Shown: piece after piece, positions 1-12,784 of the stretch
Numbering within the stretch: position 1 is the first letter of the stretch
How the letters are laid out: every line of letters begins with the position of its first letter
NCBI GenBank assembly: GCA_002269645.1
Contig: NIVC01000043.1
Span: forward strand, 62,001 to 126,000
Origin: Macrostomum lignano
Lineage: Eukaryota
Length of the DNA: 64,000 bases
Reading direction: 5' to 3'
Translations under genes and position numbers: made by a program
Notes under the pieces: generated by a model
Databases searched by the model: none
Told to the model about the DNA's origin: nothing
What the model saw: only the letters and a program-made list of their open reading frames with translations

Positions 1-199
1 GAGAGGGGATGGGGAGACGGTGAGCACACAAAGTACTGTAAGTAGACACAGGGAAAGAGGGGACAGCGCAGGAAAAGAGTGCAGAGGGAGACAAAAAAAG
101 GAGGAGGTAGAGAAAGTACAGGAAGAATAGGGCGGGAACAGAAGAGATAGGGTAGAGGGGGAGGTACAGAAAGGGGTAGGGGCTCCGGAAAGGCAGGTG

Positions 200-2400
200 T
201 GGCGGCAGGAGAGACAGGACCAAGGCAGCAGGAGGGGTGCAGCAGAGCGGGAGTCTCCAGGCCCGGGCGGAGACCTGGCCGAGTCTCGACAGCTCTATGC
301 AGAGGGTGCACGGGATAGGAGGCACTTTCGAAAAAGTTCCCATGCCCTATCCCGCGACCAGAGCGTGGTTACATCAAGTACTATAATTTTATCTATAGTT
401 TGTTGCAACCTCCCAAAGCTTTCTATTTGTTTTTAAAAGGTACACAAAGTTAATGATGTCTTTTGCTTAGAAAAATGTCCAAATTTTTCCAAAAATGAGT
501 TTTTGCCAATTGATAATATACTAATCCAACATTTTACCATTAATATATTCTTAGATTGTATATATTACACACTTACAACATTTGGCAAAAAATTGGCTGA
601 TAAGGCAATGGTCAGCAAAAATATTGACTTTTTCTATTTTCCAAATATGTCCATCTTATCTGGAATGAGCCTAAAGATTATAAATTGAAGATTTGAAGAT
701 TTTTGTTTTTAATTGTAAAAATAAAGAATAAAAAGGAGAAATAAAACACGATTCAGAGAATATTTTAAATGAAGCAATAGTTGTCAATTGTCATAACAAT
801 ATATTTGCAAAATCATTGTTAAACTTTGTGCAAAATTTCACGTTTCACATACTTTACATTTGAGGTGTGGTGGAGAAAGTTTTCTTGGAAATTGGTAGTT
901 TGAAATTAGTTGCTGACACCACAGAGGTAGGGTAGATTTCACATTTGAGTTGCCGCCTGCATTGTCTTGGCATTTGTAAAGCTGGAAAAATTTCACAAAT
1001 AGATATGTTTAACTTCTCCTTAATACTCCGTCTGCTGGGTCCTTAATTCTGGGGGAGGGTAGTCGTGATTTGGGGTTGAGCAGTCTTTCAGTGGCATGGT
1101 TATTCAAATGGTTCCTTAGACACTGAAAAATTCATAGTTTGTCAGTATGCTTGGTTTGTTACTGTCAGTAGTAAAGTAGCGCTGCCACCACTGTAATTTT
1201 GTATTACGGAACGTTAAGGATCTCAGAGCTTTCTTTGAGTTCAGACTAATTAGTTGTTTTATGCCTGCGGGCAAATAACTCAATAGAGACTAAAAGCTTT
1301 GATTAGGAACAAATGAATAATTAATTGTCGTTATGTATTATTATTAGTTTCATGGTTATTAGGTTACTAGCAAGTTGGATAGATATTAACTACAATGCAA
1401 TTCTAAATGATTATTATTATTTGGCTAATGCAATGAGCAATGAGCAATGAGCTAGATCAAAATAAAGTTGAAACAGAGTTAGAAACAGATGAAAACAAGT
1501 CAAACAGGGTTAGCAAAAATTGATTTCAAGCAACATTTAAATAGTAGTGGGCACAAATAGACCCAGTGGGTGGGACAATGAATAGGACAAGGGAGGGGGC
1601 ACCCAAAGAAAAAAGGGAGAACCTGGCCAGTGGAAGCAGTAAAACAACTGAAAGCAAGAGAAGGAACAGCAGAAAGAGCAAACAGGGAAGCAAAGGATAG
1701 GATAAATGGGGAAACAGACAAGGGAATATATATTGGAAATAAATGATGTCAACCGCCAGTCATTTGCAAAACAATAGTCTGCCTGGTCTGCACTAAAGAT
1801 CTGCCGTCATCTTCCCCAGTGGTAGACTGGCTTACCATACATTCTTTGATTTTGTCTTTCGCAGTGGCTGTGGCACAGCCTCCTCCAGTGTATGCCATAC
1901 ATGTGCGCCAAGCAGGGTGTGCCAATTGTACATATGCCAAGGTGTATGCCAGAAGACTGTTTCAAAACTTTTGTGCGCCAAGTGTACGCCAGCTATCCCA
2001 AATGTGCGCCAGAAATTTCTAGTGTACATGACATGATCTTGAGTGTGGCCTATATCTCCTTTGTTAATAGTAACAGTATATAACTTCAGCTTGAATACAA
2101 GGTGTATATCATCAGCTAACCATACTATAAAAGTGTACATTTGAACAAAAGTACTATCATTGATAGTATTGCTATACATGTAAATTTAGATTTCTATAAC
2201 AAAAAAGTACCTCAAGACTCCAGCCATTTAACTCTTACATGACTTTTAATAAAAAATTATATCAGAGGTATCATATATCTTTGAGAATGAATAAACAGTT
2301 CTTAGAAAGCATATTTAAATTAAAGTTTAGGATAGGGAGGCCTAAATCATGGATGAAACAAACTCAATTGAAAAATTTATATGTAATATATATACAATTG
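200..2400. mobile_element. Decayed non-LTR retrotransposon (LINE reverse transcriptase) fragments on both strands
   Basis: Interrupted frames carry LINE-RT-like motifs: minus 895-960 QLKCEIYPTSVVSATNFKL (cf. C-x-NYRPISLLS-x-x-YK), minus ~1850-2130 LADDI and LLGAHVWHTLEE, plus ~1590-1720 GRGHPKK..TW..AKDRIN, plus ~290-370 ARDRRHFRK..HAL. Many stops and frameshifts; AT-rich. Confidence 0.4.
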
Positions 2401-2687
2401 TACCAAAATTAATAAGATTATATAGAAATATTTTGTTGTCAAATTTGACTATATTGTTGCCAAAATTGCTTTTGCCAAATTTGTCCATGGTAAATCTCAG
2501 TCATAGAATTTGTTTTTTTACTAAATTGGTTAGCACCCAAATCATATATAGGTAATCGTAGGACATAATTGAGACAGTATACATATGTTCATATAAAAAT
2601 CATAGTTTGAAACACTTTGTATATACTCCAGAAAAAATGACCAATTTTTTTGGTATATGCCAATAAATGCCAAATGTTTTGATGGTT

Positions 2688-2731
2688 CATTCAATAAATT
2701 GAGTCTTCGCAGTAAGCGACTATTTTTCGGC
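2688..2731 (-). ncRNA. Spliced-leader (SL) exon-like sequence, relic/pseudogenic copy
   Basis: Minus strand reads GCCGAAAAATAGTCGCTTACTGCGAAGACTCAATTTATTGAATG. The last 29 nt match 28/29 to the Macrostomum lignano SL 3' end as recalled (CTTACTGCGAAGACTCAATTTATTGCATG). The terminal ATG is not followed by a GT donor. Confidence 0.7.
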
Positions 2732-4172
2732 TACTAGCCAACCGAACAAAACAACCAGCGTGCGCACTCTCTCTGGAGAGGCTGATAACTATATATTGCA
2801 ATAATTTTAAATAAATGGGGTGGGTGCTGCTGAACATTATAAATGGGGGCTGGGGCTGAAACGTACGTATCAAAATCTCTGCTATGAAAGTTACGCGTAG
2901 GTGAATGAAAAGTACACTCGTACATGTAAGCGAACTCCTAAACACCAAATACATTACTTTATGCAAAGCTTCCAATCATCAATTTTGAAATGTTATTACT
3001 AGACTAGCAATTTTGAAATTTAATTTCAATTAAATATAATTTAAAACTAAAAAATCAATTAGATTTTATAATGTTTTATATATATAAAATACAAAAAACA
3101 AAATTTGTAAATTTTTTGTTAAAATTTTAACTTGTTACCTTGTAGAAACACAGAAAGAAAACATAATCAAAAATGTAATTATGATATCTTTTGATGAACT
3201 ATATTACCTATGTCATTTATTTTCAATGGAGATTGACAAAACAAACAAAATTGAGATTATAGAACAAAAAAATGCTAGGTATATAAATCTTAAGTTTTAA
3301 CAAAAATATGATTTAGTCTAAGGCCTTGTAGTAGTCTAGCCATAATCTTGCTTTTTGTTTTCTTTCTACGCATTTTGTATTGTTACTTTGCTTTTATTTT
3401 GCTATTTTGAATGCTTTTACACACATATAACACACATTAATATAATATGCATGTTTTAAAAAGTATGTTTTAAATTTTTTTCGAAAAAGTATACAAAAAA
3501 TTATTAGCAATTCATTTTTTAAATTAGATAAAGCTATATGTACAAGGAGTGTCTGGAAAGTAGTGTTATTTTTACCTGTTGCAATGTTTAGTAAGTTACA
3601 TTGAAATAATTTTGATGTTGCACATAAGTGCACTTAACTCTTGAAATATAAATCCAAATCAATGGCAATTTAAGTCATTTAGCAATAAAGAGAAGACTTG
3701 AAACTTTCGAATGACACCAAATATTTATTTTAATGCAACTTACCAAATGTTTGCAACAAATAAAAGTAACACTATTTTCTGGACACCTGTCATGTATGTT
3801 AACTTTATAACTTTTTAGAAAGCCATATCTAGAAAGCTATATTATATTCAGGAACAAGTTTATATCTTTTTCAAAACCTTTCCTAGTAAATAACTTAAAG
3901 AAGGCCTGAAATTTTCTTTTTATCAAAGCTTCTACAATAGCAATAGCATACTCTAGTTCAGATAATTGAATGTATAAATTAGCAAATTGTAAAAATTTGG
4001 TTTCCTTAATAGTTTCCCATTATTTAATAAATAAATTTTCTAGGTCAGTACTTCTAATCTAAATAAATAGTAAATCAAAGCTATGGGAGACTTTTTATTA
4101 GTTAACCAAATTGCTTTTTTGTTATATTTAATACATAAAGTATACATTAAATTAATTCCTTTTGTCTTTTAG

Positions 4173-7100
4173 TCCGAAGAAGATGCCCAGCTAAAAGACG
4201 AGCTCAACATGCTAGTTGAGCGGCTTCAGGTGAGATGGCTGAATTAACTTTTGTCTCTCAAGCAGCAGTAAGGCAGTTCTGAGCACTCGTACACACGCTC
4301 ACACGGGGTGTACAGCCAGTGTCCCTGACTTCTAATCGTCAGGCATGTATACTCTGTGTGCCTTGGGGGTTGGCCACCATGTGTGTGATTCGCACTACAA
4401 CTCGCGGCTAAATGAATTTCGCCGCGAACAGACTCGAACCAGACGTTATGAAGGTGGGAAGTTCCCCTTACTTGAAATCCCAATAAATCAATTAAAATCA
4501 ATTGCCCAACAGGAGTCGGACTCCAACCTGTACAAGCCAGCTCTGGAGAGTCTGCGGAATTTAATCCGCTCATCAACAACTTCAATGATTTCGGCTCCTA
4601 AACCGTTGAAATTTCTTCGGCCGCATTACGAATCGTTGCGCAACGAAGTGTACGTAAAAATTCCCGACGGCCCTACTAAGCGACTGTGCGCCGACATTGT
4701 CTCCGTGCTGGCCATGACCGCCGTGGATAAGCCGGAGTTCCGCACCGATTCGCTGCGCTATCGATTCTTAGGCAGCGGCGAAGATGTCGGCGCCTGGGGC
4801 CACGAGTACGTCCGGCATCTCACTGGCCAGTGCGTGCTGGAATGGGAGGCCATGGCCGAGGCTGAACAACAGCAGATGCTTCGACAGCGTCGCCTGGAGC
4901 GTCGCCAGCAGCGACAACAGTCCGGTGCTGACAGCAAGAAAGACAACGACGACAACGACGAAGACAATGACGAAAGCGGCGACGAGGACGGCGAAGAACC
5001 CATGGAGGAGGACGGGCCAGCTGCCGGCGGAGTTCGGATTACTCGCGACCAACTGTTGTCACTGTGCGAGCTTATCATACCTTATCATATGAGCCACAAT
5101 GCCGAGTCTGAGGCCATCGATTTGTGCGTTGAAACTGGCCAATTGGCTATGCTTGAGAAGCATACTGGCCAGGTGAGATAAACTGCGGTGCTCTGTGTTT
5201 TTTGTAGGGCTGCTTTAGTTTATTGTTTGCTCAGATTAAGTTTGGTTTCCAATAGCAACCAGTCTAGTGTAGCATAGTAGCATTAATCTGGTTTCCAATA
5301 GCAACCAGTCTAGTGTAGTATAGTAGCATTAATCTGGTTTCCAATAGCAACCAGTCTAGTGTAGTATAGTAGCATTAATCTGGTTTCCAATAGCAACCAG
5401 TCTAGTGTAGTATAGTAGCATTAATCTGGTTTCCAATAGCAACCAGTCTAGTGTAGTATAGTAGCATTATTAATCTGGTTTCCAATAGCAACCAGTCTAG
5501 TGTAGTATAGTAGCATTAATCTGGTTTCCAACAGCAACCAGTCTAGTGTAGTATAGTAGCATTAATCTGGTTTCCAATAGCAACCAGTCTAGTGTAGTAT
5601 AGTAGCATTAATCTGGTTTCCAATAGCAACCAGTCTAGTGTAGTATAGTAGCATTAATCTGGTTTCCAATAGCAACTAGTCTAGTGTAGTATAGTAGCAT
5701 TAATCTGGTTTCCAATAGCAACCAGTCTAGTGTAGTATAGTAGCATTAATCTGGTTTCCAATAGCAACCAGTCTAGTGTAGTATAGTAGCATTAATCTGG
5801 TTTCCAACAGCAACCAGTCTAGTGTAGTATAGTAGCATTAATCTGGTTTCCAACAGCAACCAGTCTAGTGTAGTATAGTAGCATTAATCTGGTTTCCAAT
5901 AGCAACCAGTCTAGTGTAGTATAGTAGCATTAATCTGGTTTCAAATAGCAACCAGTCTAGTGTAGTATAGTAGCATTAATCTGGTTTCCAATAGCAACCA
6001 GTCTAGTGTAGTATAGTAGCATTAATCTGGTTTCCAATAGCAACCAGTCTAGTGTAGTATAGTAGCATTAATCTGGTTTCCAATAGCAACCAGTCTAGTG
6101 TAGTATAGTAGCATTAATCTGGTTTCCAATAGCAACCAGTCTAGTGTAGTATAGTAGCATTAATCTGGTTTCCAATAGCAACCAGTCTAGTGTAGTATAG
6201 TAGCATTAATCTGGTTTCCAATAGCAACCAGTCTAGTGTAGTATAGTAGCATTAATCTGGTTTCCAATAGCAACCAGTCTAGTGTAGTATAGTAGCATTA
6301 ATCTGGTTTCCAATAGCAACCAGTCTAGTGTAGTATAGTAGCATTAATCTGGTTTCCAATAGCAACCAGTCTAGTGTAGTATAGTAGCATTAATCTGGTT
6401 TCCAATAGCAACCAGTCTAGTGTAGTATAGTAGCATTAATCTGGTTTCCAATAGCAACCAGTCTAGTGTAGTATAGTAGCATTAATCTGGTTTCCAATAG
6501 CAACCAGTCTAGTGTAGTATAGTAGCATTAATCTGGTTTCCAATAGCAACCAGTCTAGTGTAGTATAGTAGCATTAATCTGGTTTTAATTAATCTGCAGA
6601 GTAAAATCAATATGGCCCCAGACACAGCGACTATTTGACGACTTGTACCGTGACATCTCGTCATTTTAGAGTCGTCTAGTAGAGACCTTGCCTATTTTAC
6701 CTGTGTTACCTGCAAAGACGAAGTGACTCTGAGGCGCTTCTTAGCCTAGCCTTCATCAGGATCGTATAACCCCCCTCTTCTCCCTCCCAAAGGCCAATTA
6801 CCAGCGAGTGTGCCTCTACCTGACCAGCTGCGTGCCCTACCTGCCAGACGAGGACTGGACAGCTGTGCTCGACACGGCCAGGCGAATCTACCTGAAATTC
6901 GGCGACCAAGGCAACGCAATGCGGTGCGCTTTGAAGTTGAACAGTCCCGAGCTGGTTTCCAAACAGTTCGCTGAGACGCCCGATCCTACAGTGCGCAAGC
7001 AGCTCGCCTGTCTGCTGGGCAGGCAGCAGTTCGCCGTTGACTGGGACGAAGACGCCTACGATGATGCGGAACTGCTCAGCGAGCTGATGGCCAATGCCAG

Positions 7101-10100
7101 GCTGAATGAGCATTTCCACGCATTGGGCCGGGAGCTCGATATTATGGAGCCTAAGGTATGGGGATGGCGTGCATGGCAATTCTGCCCAATCCTCTGACTC
7201 CAGAATCATAATAATAATTGATTACACCTGCCCCAATTGGGCCAGATGTGCAACCGACAGCTCAGCCGCAGCTATTGCGCGGCGCATCTGAAGGCTGCCG
7301 TACGGCTGGGGGGTCGCCACACACAGCCTCAATTACCCCAGCCAATGCTGGCACCCATTTCACAGCTGGGTTAACTGAAGCAATGCAGAGTTAAGCGTCT
7401 TGCACAAGGACACAAATTGTTCCAGTGGGATCGGGGATCGAACCCCCGACCACTAGGCTACAGGGGCAGAAGAGAAGAAAGAGATGCATAGCTAGGTAAA
7501 ATTACGTAAAAATAAATGCTCGCACAAGTACTGGTAGGATTGTGGGCACCCTGGCGCGCAACGTCTTCGGGGACATTGACTCCAGAGCACATTCATACAC
7601 TTGGGTGTGAATCGCGTAACTGATCGATCCACTTAATTGATGGAATTCATCAAACACTATTATTTAATTCTGCCGTGAAAAATTCAATATCCAGCTGCCG
7701 GAGGATATCTACAAGTCGCACCTGGAGCCCACTCGCATGAGCACTGGCACGGTGGATTCGGCTAGGCAGAATCTCGCCTCATCCTACGTTAATGGCCTAG
7801 TTAACTGCGGCTTTGGCCGGGACAAACTGCTGATGGAAGACGATAACAAAATGAAGTGGATCTATAGGAATAAGGATGCCGGCATGATGTCATCCGTGGC
7901 TACTCTTGGCTGGCTGCTACTGTGGGATGTGGACGGCGGTCTGGTACAGATTGACAAGTACCTGTATTTGCAGGTGAGTGACTCCTATCCAATATCAACC
8001 ATTTCCTATGCAATAGCATCTATTTATCCCATAGCAACCATCTATCCCATAGCAACCATCTATCTCATAGCAACTATCCCATAGCAACCATTTATCCTAT
8101 AGCAACTATGCCATAGCAACCCTCTATCCCATAGCAACCATGTATGCCATAACAACCATCTATCCCATAGCAACCATCTATCTCAGCAACTATCCCATAG
8201 CAACCATTTAATCCTATAGCAACTATGCCATAGAAACCATTTATCCTATAACAACGACGTCATAGCAACTATCTATCCCATAGCAACCATCTATCCCATA
8301 TAGCAACCGTCCATCCCATAGCAACCATCTATACCTTAGCAAGCATTTTCATTAGTTATTGAGTCCCTGATTCACTAAGCACCTTAATAGGCTATCACCC
8401 AACTCTCAACCATGGCAACCTAAAACCCTACTGCCAGGACGACAACATCAAAGCCGGCGCTCTGCTAGCCTGTGGCGTTGTTAACTCTGGCGTGCGCAAC
8501 GAATGCGAGCCGGCTCTGGCCCTGCTAGCCGACTACGTTGAGAATAAGACCTCCTGTCTGAACAAAGCCGCACTAATCGGCCTGGGAGTGGCTTATGCTG
8601 GCCGAGGCAGTGGCGGCGAATCGGCCATTGCTAAGCTGCAGCCGCTCATCACTGAGCAGGGCAAGCCTGAGCAGGCCGCCCTGGCCGCCCTGTCCTGCGG
8701 CGTGATCGCTGCCGGCACTCTGCACTCGGATGTGACGTCGAGCATTCTGCAGAGCCTGTTGGAGGCTCCGCCTGGCGACCGGGTGAAGCCGCTGGCTAGG
8801 CTGCACGCTCTCGGCTTGGCACTGTGCTGCTTAGGCAGGCAGGAAGCGGCCGAGCCGGTTCTAGCCGGCCTGGCAGCCGTAGAAGAGCCAGTCCGTTCCC
8901 TAGCTAGAGTCCTGTGCGAAGCATGCGCCTACGCCTGTACAGGCAATGTGCTCAAAGTGCAAAGCATGCTTCATCTGCTCAGCGAGAAGGCTCAAGAAGA
9001 AATTGGAGCTGGCGATGCCGGCAGTAGCAGCGGTGGCGGCGGCAGTCGGTCTACTTCTACAGCCAGTAGCGGCAGGCCTCTGGAGAACAACAGCGGCTCT
9101 CCGTCCGCCGCAGCTGCCGATAAAAAGTCGTCCGAAGAGGCCACAACAGCCTATGCTCAAGGCGCCGCCGTTCTGGGCGTCGCCCTGGTTGCTATGGGCG
9201 AAGATGTTGGCAAAGATATGGCTTTCCGAATTTTTGGAAATCTGCTGCGATTCGGCGAGGCCAATATTAAACGGGCTGTGCCGCTTGCGCTTGGCCTGGT
9301 TTATACCTCTAATCCGGAGCTTAAGGTGAGACTCTTGTCGGCTGGGTCTAACATGGTTCTGGTCCCAGATCCTCAGTTGCTGGGCCAGCCTCCCAGATCC
9401 TCAGTTGCTGGGCCAGCTTCTCAGATCCTTAGTTAGTGGGCCAGCCTCGCAGAGTGTTAGTTACTAGGCCTGCCTCCCACATCCTCAGTTGCTGTGCCAG
9501 TCAACTAACATTTTAATCTAGTTGAGTAGTTTTAAACTGAAACCATTTAAACTGAAACCCATTGCCAAACCCGCCAGGTGCTGGACCTGCTCAGCAAGTT
9601 CTCGCACGACTCCGACCTGGAAGTGGCCCTGTCCTCCATCCTGGCCATGGGCCTGTGCGGCGCCGGCACTAACAATGCCCGCCTGGCTGCTATGCTTCGT
9701 CAGCTGGCCGGCTATCACGCTAAAGATCCTCTAGCCCTGTTTGCTGTCCGCCTAGCCCAGGGCCTGACCCATCTGGGCAAGGGCACGCTAACGCTGACGC
9801 CCTCCCATTCGGACAAGTTTCTCAATAATCCTGGCGCTCTGGCTGGCCTATTGGCCGTGCTGGTTGCCGGGCTGGACATGCGCCGGCTGCTGCTGGCTAG
9901 CGGCTGGGACTGCCTGTTGTTCTATCTGACTCCGGCTATTCAGCCCCGCCTGCTGATGACTTTTGATGCCGATTTGCAGCCTATGCAGGTAATTTTATTA
10001 CTTCTTGTTTAGTTTGCTATTGAATGCATGTACAAAGATATTAAAATGACTAGGTGTCTCTCGAAAAAATGCGCCTATCTACTTTTTTCAGTAGTGAAAT

Positions 10101-11870
10101 TAGCGTTTTTCCTTTATTATAGTTAAAGTAATAAAATCTGTTAAATTTTTGCTGGCTATTTAAAGTTTTTAACCTGCAACAATCGCCTCTGGCTTTCTAC
10201 AAGCAGTCCTATTAGATTAGCATCTTCACCCTGTTTGAAGCTGCACCCAAATCCAGTGCGCGTGCATAGCGAGCAAGAGCGAAAAGAGGTGGCACCACAG
10301 CCCCAGCCAGGCCGAAAAACAGTTTTGGCTTTCCTCTTGCATGCCCAGCTAGACTGGGCCTGTCCCCTAGGCTGAGTATCGTCCGCCTGACTTTGACTTC
10401 TCTCCTTACTGCTCTCTCATTGGCTGGAGCTAGACTGGGCCTGTCCCCTAGGCTGAGTATCGTCCGTCTGACTTTGACTTCTCTCCTTACTGCTCTCATT
10501 GGCTGAGCTAGATTAGGCCTGTCTCCTAGGCTGAGTATCGTCTGACTTTGAATTCTCTCCTCACTGCTCTCATTGGCTGAGCTAGATTGGGCCTGTGTCC
10601 TAGGCTGAGTATCGTCTGACTTTGAATTCTCCCCTTACTGCTCTCATTGGCTGAGCTAGATTGGGCCTGTCTCCTAGGCTGAGTATCGTCTGACTTTGAC
10701 TTCTCTCCTTACTGCTCTCTCATTGGCTGAGCTAGATTAGGCCTGTCTCCTAGGCTGAGTATCGTCTGACTTTGAATTCTCTCCTTACTGCTCTCATTGG
10801 CTGAGCTAGATTGGGCCTGTCTCCTAGGCTGAGTATCGTCTGACTTTGACTTCTCTCCTTACTGCTCTCTCATTGGCTGAGCTAGATTAGGCCTGTCTCC
10901 TAGGCTGAGTTTCGTCTGACTTTGAATTCTCCCCTTACTGCTCTCATTGGCTGAGCTAGATTGGGCCTGTCTCCTAGGCTGAGTTTCGTCTGACTTTGAA
11001 TTCTCCCCTTACTGCTCTCATTGGCTGAGCTAGATTGGGCCTGTCTCCTAGGCGGAGTTTCGTCTGTCTTTGAATTCTCTCCTTACTGCTCTCATTGGCT
11101 GAGCTAGATTGGGCCTGTCTCCTAGGCTGAGTTTCGTCTGACTTTGACTTCTCTCCTTACTGCTCTCTCATTGGCTGAGCTAGATTGGGCCTGTCTCCTA
11201 GGCTGAGTTTCGTCTGACTTTGAATTCTCTCCTTACTGCTCTCATTGGCTGAGCTAGATTGGGCCTGTCTCCTAGGCGGAGTTTCGTCTGTCTTTGAATT
11301 CTCTCCTTACTGCTCTCTCATTGGCTGAGCTAGATTAGGCCTGTCTCCTAGGCTGAGTTTCGTCTGACTTTGACTTCTCTCCTTACTGCTCTCTCATTGG
11401 CTGAGCTAGATTAGGCCTGTCTCCTAGGCTGAGTTTCGTCTGACTTTGACTTCTCTCCTTACTGCTCTCTCATTGGCTGAGCTAGACTGGGCCTGTCCCC
11501 TAGGCTGAGTGCTAGTACGTTAGTATATCGCTAGCGTGGATTTTTCTCGACCGAATTTGTCTATGGCAAAACCCCATCCAGCGCTATGTGTTTTCTATCT
11601 AGAGCATACTCGGATGGTTATCGCGCGCATACACACACACACACACTTAAACAACAATTCCAGGTGCCTGTCCGAGTTGGCCAAGCTGTAGACACAGTTG
11701 GCCAGGCCGGCCGGCCCAAAACCATCACGGGATTCCAGACGCACACCACTCCAGTGCTGCTGGCCTACGGAGAGCGTGCCGAACTGGCCACCGAGGAGTA
11801 CGAGCCCGTCAGCAGCCTGCCGTTGGAGGGATTCGTCATTCTAAGGAAGAATCCTAATTACCAAGCCTAA
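4173..11870 (+). CDS. PSMD2: 26S proteasome non-ATPase regulatory subunit 2 (Rpn1)
   Basis: Exons 4173-4229, 4513-5172, 6793-7155, 7695-7973, 8438-9325, 9578-9988, 11664-11870, all phase 0 with GT-AG. Motifs [94 protein letters not shown]. No ATG-bearing first exon found in the window. Confidence 0.97.
4250..4480 (-). mobile_element. tRNA-headed SINE family B, copy 1 (Rpn1 intron 1)
   Basis: Minus strand has a B-box GGTTCGAGTC, then CCCAAGGCACACAGAGTATACATGCCTGACGATTAGAAGTCAGGGACACTGGCTGTACACCCCGTG, homologous to 31570-31730 and 58025-58190. Confidence 0.6.
5243..6585. repeat. 46-bp minisatellite, about 29 copies, Rpn1 intron 2
   Basis: Unit TAATCTGGTTTCCAATAGCAACCAGTCTAGTGTAGTATAGTAGCAT, near-identical copies. 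Confidence 0.97.
7230..7461 (-). mobile_element. CORE-like tRNA-derived SINE family A, copy 1 (internally deleted head)
   Basis: High identity to 59371-59651. Minus strand contains GTGTCCTTGTGCAAGACGCTTAACTCTGCATTGCTTCAGTTAACCCAGCTGTGAAATGGG, resembling the MIR/CORE domain. Confidence 0.75.
7988..8340. repeat. ~18-bp degenerate minisatellite (CCATAGCAACCATCTATC), Rpn1 intron 4
   Basis: Direct inspection; starts about 15 bp after the donor at 7974. Confidence 0.9.
9363..9500 (+). repeat. 28-bp minisatellite CCCAGATCCTCAGTTGCTGGGCCAGCCT, locus 1
   Basis: About 4-5 copies in Rpn1 intron 5; the same unit occurs at 12049-12125 and, reverse-complemented, at 39885-40310. Confidence 0.85.
10345..11510. 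repeat. ~74-bp minisatellite, Rpn1 intron 6
   Basis: Unit approx. CTAGGCTGAGTATCGTCTGACTTTGAATTCTCTCCTTACTGCTCTCATTGGCTGAGCTAGATTGGGCCTGTCTC, about 15 copies. Confidence 0.93.
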
Positions 11871-12048
11871 TATTTTGTTTTATATTTTGACTGATAATGC
11901 CGCTTGGGTGTGAAGCATAGTGTAGTTAAATTTTGCTGGTTTTGCTAGGACAAAATATTTAGATAATTAGCTTCGCATAAGTTTTAGTGACAATATTCGG
12001 TTTTCAAATTCCCGGCTGGTATTTAAAGTGAGATACGAACAGGGCCTA

Positions 12049-12125
12049 TAGATCCTCAGTTGCTGATCCAGCCTCCCAGATCCTCAGTTGCTGGGCCAGC
12101 CTCCCAGATCCTCAGTTGCTGAGCC
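12049..12125 (+). repeat. 28-bp minisatellite CCCAGATCCTCAGTTGCTGGGCCAGCCT, locus 2
   Basis: About 3 copies, ~180 bp after the Rpn1 stop. Confidence 0.8.
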
Positions 12126-12784
12126 ACTCTCTCAATGTCTAATTAAATCAATCTCTAAGTAAAGAATCTGTAGCAGCAAAAAAGTTTGTTAATAATTTTT
12201 AGGCGGCAAAGTATGTGGAATAAAAAAGTAACAACAACTGCAGCCTAATTATCTGTATGAAAAATCCTATTTAAGCTTGTATTGAAACCCTTCTACTCTT
12301 CTCTGTACCCTTAGCAGTTTTGTGCATCTAAAAGTTACTAGTGAAATGATTCAATTTGGTAACATAATTCAAGTGACTGGATTTAACTCTGCAAGCAGCC
12401 ATAAGTAATAAACTGTCTGTTTTTGCCTCCCCATGATTTTCTGTTTGGCCTCTGTGTTTTTTCTACAATTCCTTTCTTTATTATCAACAGCAAGTTTGTA
12501 TCGACGTATGGAAACAGTTTAGAAGCTAGCATATGGAACTGTAATATTCAGCATAAAATTTAAAACAGCCCAGTGCATTACGGTATACACAATGTGTATC
12601 GTCCTTATCACTCTCTATTTCGTTCTGCCGCAAAAGTACAACACAAGTGTTACTATTATAACAAATCTATAAAGTCGCATCCTTGATATCAACTCATTTT
12701 TGTTACTTTGTATTGAGGCTGCCTTGAAAAACAGCATTGTTTGCTAACTTGGATCCCTGCGGAAGTGATTAGCAGTTTAACAGT

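Noticed and set aside
4855-5040. Acidic/Gln-rich insertion in Rpn1 as a novelty
   Set aside because: It falls in a loop that I recall is also expanded in yeast Rpn1, so it is a known variable region; the same applies to the insert near 9000-9145.
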